NCBI GenBank assembly: GCA_963422375.2
Contig: OY729427.2
Span: 832,001 to 896,000 of the forward strand
Origin: Bryobacterales bacterium
Lineage (GTDB): Bacteria; Acidobacteriota; Terriglobia; Bryobacterales; UBA6623
Length of the DNA: 64,000 nucleotides
Reading direction: 5' to 3'
Position numbers and translations under genes: made by a program. Positions 10,843-21,347 of the stretch are shown piece by piece; the stretch's first letter is position 1; each line of letters opens with the position of its first letter. The notes below the pieces were generated by a model. It was given only the letters and a program-made list of their open reading frames with translations, searched no databases and was not told the DNA's origin.

Positions 10843-13079
10843 CGGTCCGGCCGTCAGGCGGCGGATCGAGGGCCGTGTCCGAGTCGCGTCGTCAGGGAGT
10901 GATAGCCCGGGAGCGTCGCGCCGCGGCCAACGCCGACCGGCCGCCTGGGCAGCGCGTCGCGAACGCGCTGCGCGTGCTGGCGGTGATCGCCTCGCTGGGC
11001 GCGGCCGGCGGCCTAGGTGCTCAGGACTTGGACCTGGTCCTGTACGCGGGCGACCCTTCAAGGCGCACCTTGGCGGACCAGATCGAGGATCCCGAGGAGC
11101 GAGCGGCCTTCGAGACACTGCGGGCGGCCACGGATGCCGCCGAAAAGCGAGCACTGGCCGAGCAGTTTCTGAAGCGCTTCCCCGACTCGTGGTTCGTGAG
11201 CTTCGCGCACTTCTCGGCAGCCATGGCCTGCATCGATCTCGACGACCTGCAGGCCGCGCTCGAGCACGGAGAGCGATCATTGCGGATCCTGCCCGAAAAC
11301 GGAACGCTCCAAGTCGCTCTCGCCAACGTCCGGGTCCACTATGGCCTGCTGGACGACGCGAGGCGCGGCGCGATGGACGCGCTGGAGATGCTCGCAAGAT
11401 TCCAAGGGCCCTCGCACTACGAGGCAGCGGAGTGGGCGCGCACTCGGCGCGAGCTGGAAGCCTCGGCGCACTTCGTGCTGGGCCGGGTGGCGGCTACGAG
11501 GGCGTTCCGGCAGTCCGGAGAGGAAGCGGACGCGGGGCTGTCGTCGGCCAGGGCGTCCCTGCTCGAGTCCCTGCAGCTCAACCCCTCCGATGGCATCGCG
11601 CTGCTGCTGCTTGGCATCGTGGAAGAAGGACTCGGAAACAGGGAGGCGTCGCTGTCGGCCGTCGAGGCAGCCGCGCGGCTGCCGGGTCCGGCGCAGGCCC
11701 GGGCGACGGACAAGCTGCGCGAGGCCTTCCGGCAGCGTCCCGGAGGGGCCGAGACCTTCCAAGACTTCCGGGCGGCGATCCGGCCGCTGCGGCCGACAGG
11801 CAATGGCGACGGACCGGCCGCCCGCGACCGGAACGCCGCCCCGGCCGCGTACGCGGGCAGCGAGAGCTGCCGCGAATGCCACCAGCAGGTCTACGACGCG
11901 TGGAGGGACACGGGCATGGCGCGGATGTTCCGTCCCTACGCCTCCGAGAACGTGATCGGCGACTTCTCGGAGCACGCCGAGTTCCGCGACCCGGCCGGGA
12001 CGCTCCTGAGCCGCATGCTCGTCGATGGCGACCGGCACTTCTTCGAGCTGCCCGCGGACAGCGGCTCGAAGCGGTTCCGCGTGGACTACACGATCGGATC
12101 GAAGTGGCAGCAGGCCTACGCCACGCGCCTTCCGAACGGGCGAATCCACGTGATCCCGATCCAGTACAACGCGCTGCACGGCAGGTGGGTGAACTTCTGG
12201 GAGACGCTCGACGACGGCCCCTCGGAGCGATCGCGCGTGCGGGACTTCCATCGCATGGACGCCGCTACCAGCTACCAAGTCCACTGCTCGCCGTGCCACA
12301 CGAGCCAAGTGCAGGCTGAAGGCAGTCTGGTCATGCCCGAACGCATGACGTTCCGCGAAAGCGGAATCAACTGCGAGATGTGCCACGGGCCGTCGCAGGG
12401 GCATGCGGCCGACATACGCGACGGGCGCACGGCGGCGACCGAGCCGACAGACCCTCCCCTGCGATTCGGGCAGCTCGACCATCGAGATTACGTGGAAGTC
12501 TGCGCGCAGTGCCACATGCAGTCCGCCGTGATCGAACCGGGGCCCCGGGGCGAGATCAACTACACGGGCAGGCAGGCGAAGTTCGTCAACGGGCGCTTGC
12601 AGCGCCCGTACGACAACTACTCCCGGAGCGCCTTCTACAAGGACGGTCGATTCCGCGAGACGACGTTCATTGCCGAGGCCTTCGTCCGGACGCAGTGCTA
12701 CCGGCAGGGCCAAGCCCATTGCGGGCACTGCCATGACCCGCATCCTGCCGACAGCGCCGACAATCCTACGTCTCTGAAGCATCGCGACGATCCGAACCGC
12801 ATGTGCCTGCAATGCCACGCGGCGCCGACCTACGACGTTCCGGCCCACACAAGGCACGCCGCCGGTTCCGAAGCCAGCCGCTGCGGGGCCTGCCACATGC
12901 CGAAGATCATGAACAGCATGATGTTCATGGCGAGCACCCATCGCATCGACGACATACCCGACGCCGCTATGACGGAGCGCTTCGGACCGGCCGAGAGCCC
13001 GAATGCCTGCCTGAGCTGCCACGCGGACAAGCCGGTCCGGTGGCTGGCGCCGGCCCTGGCCGAGTGGCAGGTCCGCTAG
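10839..13079 (+). CDS. TPR-repeat plus octaheme c-type cytochrome; start uncertain (10839 or 10875)
   Basis: Hydrophobic leader, helical TPR-like half, then eight CxxCH motifs (CRECH, CSPCH, CEMCH, CAQCH, CGHCH, CLQCH, CGACH, CLSCH). Confidence 0.88.
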   Translation: MTVRPSGGGSRAVSESRRQGVIARERRAAANADRPPGQRVANALRVLAVIASLGAAGGLGAQDLDLVLYAGDPSRRTLADQIEDPEERAAFETLRAATDAAEKRALAEQFLKRFPDSWFVSFAHFSAAMACIDLDDLQAALEHGERSLRILPENGTLQVALANVRVHYGLLDDARRGAMDALEMLARFQGPSHYEAAEWARTRRELEASAHFVLGRVAATRAFRQSGEEADAGLSSARASLLESLQLNPSDGIALLLLGIVEEGLGNREASLSAVEAAARLPGPAQARATDKLREAFRQRPGGAETFQDFRAAIRPLRPTGNGDGPAARDRNAAPAAYAGSESCRECHQQVYDAWRDTGMARMFRPYASENVIGDFSEHAEFRDPAGTLLSRMLVDGDRHFFELPADSGSKRFRVDYTIGSKWQQAYATRLPNGRIHVIPIQYNALHGRWVNFWETLDDGPSERSRVRDFHRMDAATSYQVHCSPCHTSQVQAEGSLVMPERMTFRESGINCEMCHGPSQGHAADIRDGRTAATEPTDPPLRFGQLDHRDYVEVCAQCHMQSAVIEPGPRGEINYTGRQAKFVNGRLQRPYDNYSRSAFYKDGRFRETTFIAEAFVRTQCYRQGQAHCGHCHDPHPADSADNPTSLKHRDDPNRMCLQCHAAPTYDVPAHTRHAAGSEASRCGACHMPKIMNSMMFMASTHRIDDIPDAAMTERFGPAESPNACLSCHADKPVRWLAPALAEWQVR

Positions 13080-13091
13080 CCGGCCGCGCGC

Positions 13092-13877
13092 CTAGCGACC
13101 GCTGAAGGCGGGCCCCCGCTTCTCCAGGAACGCGCGCGTGCCTTCGCGGACGTCATCGGTGGCGCAGCTAAGCGCGTACTGCGAGACCTCCCAGTCCAGC
13201 GCCGCGTCAAGGGGCATGGCCAGTCCCCGGTCGACGGCTTGCAAGGTGAGGGCGACCGCGACCGGGCCGTTACGCAGGATTCGGGCGGCCAGCGCAGCGG
13301 CGTCCGCCAGCAGGCGCTCCGGCTCGGCGACCCGGTTGACCAATCCCATGGCCTGCGCCTCGTCCGCGCTGACCGGATCGCCCGTGAGAAGCATCTCGAG
13401 TGCCCTGCCTCTGCCCACGAGCCGGGGCAGCCGCTGCGTGCCTCCGAAGCCGGGCACGATGCCGAGCCGGAGCTCGGGCTGGCCCAGCCGCGCCCGCGAC
13501 GAGGCGACCCGCAGGTGGCAGGCCATGGCCAGCTCGAGACCCCCGCCAAGGGCGTAGCCGTTGATCGCGGCGATCACGGGCTTGCGCAGCGACTCGACGC
13601 GACGCAGCATAGCCTGCCCGCGCAGGCCCCACGCGCGCGCCTCCAGCGCGCTGAATCCGGATACTTCGTCAATGTCGGCCCCGGCGACGAAGCTCCTGTC
13701 GCCAGATCCGGTTACGATGATCGCGCGGATTCCGTCGTCCTCCCCAGCGTCGAGGAAGAAACGGTCCAGCGCGTCGACCGTCGCGCCGTCGAGAGCGTTG
13801 AGCTTGCCCGGACGGTTGACGGTCACGACCGTGACACCGCGGTCTGTCGCGATCAGAAGGTTCGGATACGGCGGCAT
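13092..13877 (-). CDS. Enoyl-CoA hydratase (crotonase family)
   Basis: NRPGKLNAL, FVAGADI, KPVIAAINGYALGGGLELAMAC, GQPE..LG..PGFGGTQRL. Confidence 0.95.
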   Translation of the reverse strand: MPPYPNLLIATDRGVTVVTVNRPGKLNALDGATVDALDRFFLDAGEDDGIRAIIVTGSGDRSFVAGADIDEVSGFSALEARAWGLRGQAMLRRVESLRKPVIAAINGYALGGGLELAMACHLRVASSRARLGQPELRLGIVPGFGGTQRLPRLVGRGRALEMLLTGDPVSADEAQAMGLVNRVAEPERLLADAAALAARILRNGPVAVALTLQAVDRGLAMPLDAALDWEVSQYALSCATDDVREGTRAFLEKRGPAFSGR

Positions 13878-13921
13878 CCGGCCCAGTGTACAGCGGCGCT
13901 TCCGGCAGCGATCCGACACGG

Positions 13922-14130
13922 TGCCGCCCCGCTTGCCCGTGCCGGGACTTGATACGGGGTCGTCAATCGGACGGGCAAGCGACTGGCGGCAGGCAGGGCC
14001 GGAACCCAGTGCCACGGCGTCAATCGCAAGGCCTCGCGCCTGCAACCGTACGCGGTCGAACGCCCCGCCAAGTACCGGTTCGAGACCCTCCGTTCCAAGC
14101 CCCTTGAAGCCGACTGTATCCCGCAAGTCC
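13922..14130. ncRNA. Candidate structured non-coding element (6S-RNA-sized rod or long palindrome)
   Basis: GGACTTG/CAAGTCC and GATAC/GTATC close a 186-nt span (13945-14130). An alternative 11-bp perfect helix is CGCTTGCCCGT/ACGGGCAAGCG. Confidence 0.3.
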
Positions 14131-14478
14131 TACCTGTCACGCGCAGCGCCGACCCGACCGGCCGGCACTTCCCCCGACTCAGGAGCCGAATGAACAGCTC
14201 TCTTGATCGCCGCAAGCGCACTCGAGCGCCGCCTGCCTCTCAGGCATCGCACCAGCCCTCTTCCACAGAATCCACATCGCCACTAGTCAGCGCCCGGTCA
14301 AGGTCCTCGAATTCTTCCCAAGTGCATTCCCAGACAGCCACCTCGACACCGGGGGCGTCCGGGCCCTCTTGCCTTAAGTCGATTCGGAGGCCACCCACCG
14401 CCGAGCGGGGGGCAGAGCTGGAGAAGCGGGCCAAAGTCTAAGTGTACGCCCTCGCTCGAGCCGACGGGCCCCCGCGGC

Positions 14479-16856
14479 CTGCCCATGTCCCATAGGTCGG
14501 CGTTGACAAACGGAAGCCCCGGGCACAGGGAGTTGCGGAGCGGGGCCTTAGGATAAGCAGACGGCAGGGCCAGTCCGCGCAGTCGGCGAGACCCCGGCAG
14601 CGGGACGGTCGCAGCCGCCCGGTGTTTTTCCCACGGAGCCCTCGACAAACGGCCGCCGAGCTGCCTTCAACGGGTCATGCCCCGGAACCGCATTCTCGAA
14701 ACGCTGTCGGGCCCGGAGGGTCTCCTCCGCCTGCGAGCGCTGCTGGACGCGGAGACCTTCCCCCATCGCACCGCGCTCGCCGCGTACGTGTGCGCCAACT
14801 TCCGCTTCCACGACGCTCGCGGAAACTGCCAAGCGGTCACCTGCCTGAAGGCCTTGCGGACCCTCCACGCCCGCAACAGCATCGCTCTCCCGCCGCCCGT
14901 CCGCCACGGCGGGCACGGCCGCCCCGTCGAGGCCCCGCGGTCCGTGCCGGCGCGCGCCGGCGCCGTCGAGGACCTGCGCCTCGAACTCGTCGCCGACGAC
15001 CGCAGCCGCCGGCTCCGGACCGAACTGATCGCCCGCGAGCATCCCCGAGGCGCCGCCTGCCACATCGGTCCCCAGCTGCGCTACCTGCCGCTCTCGCGGC
15101 ACGGCATCCTCGCCGCCTCCGCCCTGGCTCTCGCCGACCGCTGGATCGGCTGGGACGCCGAGCGCTGTCGCAACCGGCCTTGCGCGCAGTGCCGCAACCT
15201 CGCCTCCAAGGCCCTCGCTCCGGGCCTGCGCCGCCTCCCCGCCGACCTCCGACGGCGCTACGGCTGCGAACCCCTCCTCGCGGAGACCTTCGTCGACCGC
15301 CGGCGCCGGCCTCAAGGCCGCCAACTGAATCCACATCGGCCGCACCGCAGGCCGCGGGCGCTGCGCCCCGACCGGCGCGACCGTGCCCATCAAGGCCGTC
15401 TTCCTGTATCCCCTGCGGCACGACTGGCGCCGCCAGCCGGGCGTGCCCGCGCCCCCCGTGCCGGACCTCGCCGCCGGGCTGCACCGCGACAGCTGGGCCC
15501 GGCCCGAGTTCGGCAGTGCTCGACTTTGAGATGTACGCCGGAGCCGCCGCCCGGTGCAATGCTCGGCCGCCATGATCGACGCGCCGCGGGCCTCGTTCGT
15601 CTCCGCAGCCTAGTCCGACCGCGCCCTGATGAAGGCCTGATACCGCATGATCGACCAGCCGGCCGAGGCCGTCGTGCTGTGCGTCCAGGACAGAAGCGAC
15701 CTCAAGTTCGCCGAGCGACCGGACTGCGTCGGCCCGGGGCTGATCGGCAGGAACAACCGTTCCAAGGGCACCCTCGGCCTGCACATGCATTCGACGCCGG
15801 CCGTCAACGGCGACGGCATCCCGCTGGGCGTGCCGCCTATCCAGTTCGAGGCCCGGGACGGCCGGGCCGGGAAGCACAAGCCGGCCGAGCTGCGCAAGAC
15901 GCAGCGCTGGGTGCGAGAGCTGCGGGACACGGCCGAGCTGGCCGGGCGGCTGCGGGGGACACGGCCGGTCGCGGTCATGGACCGCGAGGCGGACGTGTTC
16001 GAGCTGATCGCCGCGCGCCGGCGGCTGGATGGGATCGACCTGCCGGTGCGGGCCAGGCACAACCGCAGTCTCGGCCAGGACCGGCCGAAGCTCTTCGACC
16101 GCCCAGGCGCGCCCGGCGCTACGCGTCCCGCGCAGCTCGGCCCGGCGCGGCACGCGGCGGCAGGCGGCGAGCGAGTTGCGCCCGGCGCACGGCCAGAGGT
16201 GGTGCTGCGCCGGCAGACGGTCCCGCTGCCGGCGCCGGCCGAGGGACCCGAGCGCGGGAGCGAGCCGATTCGCCTGAACATGGTGCACGTGCGGGAAGAC
16301 GCGGCCCCGGACGGCGCCGAGCCGCTGGAATGGTTCCTGCTGACGAGCTTGCCGATGCGGTCGCGGGCGGACGCGGAGCGCATCCTCACCTGGTATCGCC
16401 TGCGCTGGCGCATCGAGGACTGGCACCGGGTGCTCAAGTCCGGCTGCCGGGCGGAACACCTCGGCCATCGCCGCGGCGAGCGGATCGAGCGGGCGGTCAC
16501 GATCAAGGCGGCGATCGCGTGGCGCCTGACCGTGATGACGCTGCCGGGCCGGGACACGCCCGAACTGCCGCCGCGCGATCAATTCTCCGACGCCGAGCTG
16601 CGGGCGCCGGGCGACTTCGCCAAGGCTCGCCAGTTGCCGGCACCCGACAACCTAGGGCGCGCAGCGCTCACCACGGCGATGCTCGGCGGCTATCTCAACC
16701 GCAAGCACAATCCCCCGCCCGGGCGCGAGGTTCTCTGGGAGGGCTACACGCGACTCGCTACGGCCACGCAGACGTACGAGCGGCTGATCGACCTAGATAA
16801 AGCCAGTAACTTGTACCGAAACCTGCCCTTAACCAAGACTCATGGGAAAAAGGCAG
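14479..16856 (+). mobile_element. IS4-family element; frameshifted transposase with an N-terminal DUF4338-like region
   Basis: Imperfect TIRs CTGCCCATGTCCCAT / ATGGGAAAAAGGCAG; 8-bp TSD CCCGCGGC (14471-14478, 16857-16864); motifs CVQD, VMDREAD, WFLLT, YRLRWRIEDWHRVLKSGC, LGGYL..PPG...LWEG. Confidence 0.9.
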
Positions 16857-17034
16857 CCCGCGGCCGCAAGCCTGCCTACAGGCGACGCAAGCAGCGACCG
16901 TCGAGGGCGGTCTCGTCGCTCCCTTGAAGACGACCCAGTCGCCAGCGATTCTAAGTTTGGGCATCTTAGGACTTCCAGAGTGTCTGACAAGTGTGTCGAA
17001 GGCAGATTGGCGCAGCCTGGCACTTGACTCTTCC

Positions 17035-17810
17035 TAGTGCTGTGTCCCGCAAATACGCGCAGAGAGACGTTCGGGCTCGTTGAAGATCGACTCGGCCGTC
17101 GCGACCCGGATGAGGGGGAAGCGGGGGGGCATAGTATTGCGCGATGAAGGCCTCGATCATCTAGACTCGTTGAGCGACGCTGCCGAACGAGCCTCGCTTG
17201 ATGGCACGCTGGCTGACGAGACCGAACCGGCATTCCACCTAGTGGAGCCACGAGGCGGATGTCGACGTGAAGTGAAGATGGTAGCGCGGTCTCTCGGCGA
17301 GCCGCGCTCGGACCCTCGGATGCTTGCGGGTCGCGTAGTTGTCCAGGACGGGATGAATTTCGAGTGCGGGCGATGTCTCGCGGTCAGCGAGCCGCGGGAA
17401 GGCGGGAAACTCCCGATTGCGCCGGCGCCGGGAGCATTTGCCGAGCATCTTACCGGCGGCCGCGTCGAGAGCGGCGAAGAGCGTCGCGGTTCCGTGCCGG
17501 ATGCAGTCATGGTCATGGCCTTCGGCATAGCCCGGTCCCATCGGCAGCGCGGGCCGAGGGTGATGGAGCGCCTGTATCCGGCGCTTCTCATCGACGCGCA
17601 ACGCCATGGCGCTGTCCGGGGGATTGAGACAAGGGCCAGTCACGTCGCGCACCTTATTGATGGAGAACGCCACCCTGCGCGCAGGCCGCCGCGATGCGTG
17701 CCCGCTGGACCGGACCATGGGGCATCGAAGTGGACTGCGAGAGGGCAGTCAGCTGTGCGTGCTGCTCATCTGTGAGCACCACTGGTGGAGTTGGCGTCCG
17801 CGCGGGACCG
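17035..17810 (-). mobile_element. IS630-family relic inserted at TA within the ISNCY left end
   Basis: End TAGTGCTGTGTCCCGCAAATA; motifs LTDEQHAQL..QRARI, NPPD..VDEK..IQAL, RHGT..LFAALD, LDNYATRKHP, HFTSTSASWLH*VE. Confidence 0.88.
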
Positions 17811-17944
17811 TGCGGGATGACTGGAAGTGTCGGCGGTGGCGACGGCCATGCGGCGTAGGCGCGCGAGCGGGGCAGAGAGGGGTCCGGCCGCGCTCGGCAG
17901 GCGCGCCAAGGCCGAGGCAGCACAAGCTGCTGGAAAAGCGGGGG

Positions 17945-18070
17945 TTACGGCCCTGTTGTGGGTTGGGCGGGCGATGCTTGCGCGCCTGCCTGGTGCCGGA
18001 TCTCGTAGTTCCAGCGCGCGATGTCCGTCCCCTTGACGAGGTTGAGATGGTTCATCTGCCGGTCGCCGAG
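17945..18070 (-). pseudogene. C-terminal fragment resembling an ISAzo13-family transposase
   Basis: DRQMNHLNLVKGTDIARWNYEIRH resembles the ISAzo13 C-terminus pattern D..M..LN......WNY.I. Confidence 0.55.
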
Positions 18071-19393
18071 AGTCGCATCTCCTGCGACAACCGGATCCGC
18101 AACTTGCTCGACGGCGTCGAGCCGGCCGCATTCGACCCGCTGTTCCGACTGTGCCTCGAGACCGTGGGCGCGCTCGAGCCCTTCCAGCGCCTCGACGAGC
18201 GCCTGCCGGTGGCTCTGGAGGGCATCCGGTTCCACTGCTCGGACACGTCGCATTGCCCGCGGTGCTCGGTGCGCCACGCCGGGAGCGAGCGCCGGCCGCA
18301 TCCCTCTCACCATGGTCGCGGCGACCGTGGTGGCCGACGGCCACGCCACCGTCCTGCCGCCGATGCCCGAGTTCGCACGCCCGCAACAGGACGCGGCCGC
18401 GACCCGGGCCGACCTGAGCGAGACTAAGCGCAAGCAGGACTGCGCGCGCAACGCCGCAAAGCGCTGGATTCCCGCTCATGGCGACTGGCTGCAGGCCTGC
18501 CGCCCCGTCCTAGCGGGCGACGATCTGTACTGCTGCCAGCCACTCTGCGAGGCCGCCGAGGCGGCCGGGATGGACTACATCCTGGCATGCAAGCCCGGAT
18601 CCCGGATCCCACTAGCGCTTGTACGAGGTGCTGGAGAGCCGGCAGGCGAGCGGCGCAGTGCAATAGACCGGCTGGCTGCCGCGGCGCGGGCAGCGCACTT
18701 GGATCGATTACGCCGCGAAGCGCGGCGGCAAGCGCACCTGCGCCAACTGCTTCTTGACCACTCTCCGGGTGACCGCGGACAACGCGGAGCGGATCGCGCG
18801 GGACGGACGGGCGCGCTGAAAGATCGAGAACGAGGGGTTCAACTGCCTGGCGCGGGACGGCTGCAACTGCAAGCGCAAGTTCGGGCACGGCAAGGCCGCG
18901 CCGACCAATGTGCTGGCCGCGCTGAACATGTTCGCCTTCATGCTCCATGCCGTGCCGGCAGTGCCGACGCACGCGGGTCACGCGCCGCGACTTTTTCGAG
19001 GAGCTGAAGGTCGCGCTGCGCTGGTGTCCGCTTCCCGGACTGGCCGACTCTGCGGGCGACGGTGCCCGACGGAGGCGCTTCGCCGGACTGCCAGCCGGCC
19101 CCGGCCTAGCCTCCGCGCAGCTTCGTGCCAACAGCGTCCGGCGAGCGGCCGACCGAGGCACCCGGCTACCGCCGGAGTGCGTCGGGCCGCGAGTACACCG
19201 CCGAGGCCGCGCCCCAGCCATACCAGCTATCCGACGCTCCCGCGGGGCGGCCTCAGCAGCTCGACCGCTCAGTCGACTCGTTCAACTCATCCTCCTACTA
19301 CGACATTCGCCACCATCCTAATGGCCAAATTTAAAATCGCTGACCCGGTCGCAGGACCGGTCGACGAGCGACCAACCGGGCCCGCTGGCCCGC

Positions 19394-20392
19394 CTAGCGG
19401 GTCTCCGCGACTTCCGGACTCGGTGGCAGCGCCGGCACAAACAGCACGCGCACCTCGGAGCTCACCTCGGCGATCATCAGCGGCTCGCGAAGGTCGTCGG
19501 TCAGGCGGAAGACGTTGCCCCCGGCCAAGGACTCGAGCGCTGTCGGCGCGCACGCGCAAGGGGTCAGTTTGGGCATGCCGCCCGCAAGCGGAATCGAGGC
19601 GATCCCGCCCGCCACCGCGACCGCCACGTAACTCCCGTCCGAGGTGGGCCTGGCGCGGAACGGATTCCTCACCGCGTCGATCTCCGACGCGATCACGGAC
19701 GACTGCCGCCGCGTCTCCACTCCCGAATACAGGAGAACTTCGCCCGCCGCGCTGTCCGTCACCACCGCGTCGTCCCGCCCGGCGAAGAAGGCCACGTCCG
19801 AGACCCGCTGCACGCCGCCGATCCGAGCCGGAGCGCGCCCCGGACGTAGCAGGAAGAGCGAGCCGGACTCTGGACGGGCCGAGGCGGCCACGACCGCTCC
19901 GGAGTCGCTGATCGCGAACGCCGTCCACTCGCCGACTCCCTCGTCAAGCCGGAGCGTCTCGCCGAACGTCGGAAGACCGGGCAGCCCGTCGAGCAGATGG
20001 ATCCGGCCCGTCTCGGACGATACCAAGGCCGCGTGCCGCGCCGCGGGGCTGATCACCGCCGTCAGCGCCCCCCCCGGTGCCGCCTCCAGCGCGACCGCTT
20101 CCGGCGGGTCCGCGGACAGATCGACGAACAGCGTCCGCCCCTGTTCGTCGCGAACAATAGCGAATTGCTGGGTGGGGGCGATCACGGCCTGCGCCAGGAC
20201 CATGCCTAGGTCGAGCGCGGGCGCCATGCTTGATGCTCCCGGAATCCCGTCGACCCTGTGGAGCGAGCCGGCCTCCTGGTCGAATACGTAGCCGAGAATG
20301 GGCGCGCTCACGGTATAGCCGGCCGCGGCCAGCAGCAGCGGGGCCGCAAGGAGAGCCGCCCCCAATGCGAAGGTGCCGAGTCGAGTGATCAT
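19394..20392 (-). CDS. Secreted hypothetical protein, probable beta-propeller
   Basis: Signal peptide, beta-rich repeats (AVISP, FAISDSG), host codon usage. Confidence 0.75.
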   Translation of the reverse strand: MITRLGTFALGAALLAAPLLLAAAGYTVSAPILGYVFDQEAGSLHRVDGIPGASSMAPALDLGMVLAQAVIAPTQQFAIVRDEQGRTLFVDLSADPPEAVALEAAPGGALTAVISPAARHAALVSSETGRIHLLDGLPGLPTFGETLRLDEGVGEWTAFAISDSGAVVAASARPESGSLFLLRPGRAPARIGGVQRVSDVAFFAGRDDAVVTDSAAGEVLLYSGVETRRQSSVIASEIDAVRNPFRARPTSDGSYVAVAVAGGIASIPLAGGMPKLTPCACAPTALESLAGGNVFRLTDDLREPLMIAEVSSEVRVLFVPALPPSPEVAETR

Positions 20393-20497
20393 GCGTAGGG
20401 ATCCCTGTCTCAATTATGGCGCATCCGCGAGCCCTAAGTTACCTTCCGCCCGCCCCGACCCGCTGGCGGCCGCGGGCGTTGCTAGAATCGAAGGGCT

Positions 20498-21337
20498 GTG
20501 CCAGCGGCCAAGCTTCGCGTCTGCGCGGTCAGCTACCTGAACACCGCGCCGCTGGTCTGGGGCCTGTCGAGCGGGCGGCAGCGGGGGGCGTTCGAGCTCT
20601 CGTTCGCGCTCCCTTCCGAATGCGCCGACCGGCTGCGCAAGAACGAGGCGGATGTCGGGCTGGTGCCGGTCATCGAGCTGGCGCGCCAGCCCGGGCTGGC
20701 CGTCGTGCCCGGGCTCGGAGTCGCGTGCGAAGGCCCCGTCCGCAGCATCGTCCTCGTTTCCAAGAAGCCATTCGGGGCGATCGATTCGTTCGCCGCCGAC
20801 AGCGGCTCGCGCACGTCCGTGGTACTGGCCCGGATCCTAGCCGCCCGGGCCCACGGCATCCGGCCGCGAGTCCTGCCTCGCCCTCCAAGGCTGGACGAGA
20901 TGCTCGAGGTGGCCGACGCCGCGCTGGTCATAGGGGATCCGGCGCTGCGGATCGACACGGCGATGTCGAGCTGGAAGGGCCACCCCGTCCACGTCTACGA
21001 CCTCGGGGCCGAATGGCAGGACCTGACCGGACTCCCGATGGTCTTCGCCGTGTGGGGCGTCAGGGCAGCCGCGCGGACGGAAGGCCTCGCGCAGGCACTG
21101 GCCGAGTCTGCCGCGTACGGACGGGCGCGGATCCACGAGATCGTCCGTGCCGAGAGCGCCCGCCTCGGCTTCGCGCCCGCAGTGGTCCGGGAGTACCTGA
21201 CGCGACTCGTGCGCTTCGAGATCGGGCCGCGCGAGATCGAGGGCCTGCGGCTCTACTTGCGCCTAGCCTCGGAGCTCGGGCTGGCGGCACCCTCGCCCGG
21301 CCCGCGCTTCCTGGCGGAGCAGTCGCTGTCGAGGTAA
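20498..21337 (+). CDS. mqnA: Chorismate dehydratase (futalosine pathway)
   Basis: VSYLNTAPL, SRTSVVL, LVIGDPAL, YDLGAEW..TGLPMVFAVW; next to mqnC. Confidence 0.93.
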   Translation: MPAAKLRVCAVSYLNTAPLVWGLSSGRQRGAFELSFALPSECADRLRKNEADVGLVPVIELARQPGLAVVPGLGVACEGPVRSIVLVSKKPFGAIDSFAADSGSRTSVVLARILAARAHGIRPRVLPRPPRLDEMLEVADAALVIGDPALRIDTAMSSWKGHPVHVYDLGAEWQDLTGLPMVFAVWGVRAAARTEGLAQALAESAAYGRARIHEIVRAESARLGFAPAVVREYLTRLVRFEIGPREIEGLRLYLRLASELGLAAPSPGPRFLAEQSLSR

Positions 21338-21347
21338 ACGAGCCATC

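Larger units (their letters stand above)
16943..19342 (+). mobile_element. ISNCY-family element (degenerate) with nested insertions
   Basis: TIRs CAGCGATTCTAAGTTTGG / CCAAATTTAAAATCGCTG; 10-bp TSD ACCC(A/G)GTCGC; transposase fragments 18075-19050 (DNRIRNLLD, KQDCARNAAKRW, GDDLYCCQP, KIENEGFN). Homologous to 52896-54601. Confidence 0.88.

Noticed and set aside
14677..15500. Druantia defence system
   Set aside because: The DUF4338-like region lies inside IS4 TIRs and TSD, and no DruE helicase or other Dru genes are present.
4369..17241. Recurrent in-frame TAG as stop-codon recoding
   Set aside because: In-frame TAGs occur only in decayed elements that also have frameshifts or truncations. Intact genes use TAG as a normal stop.
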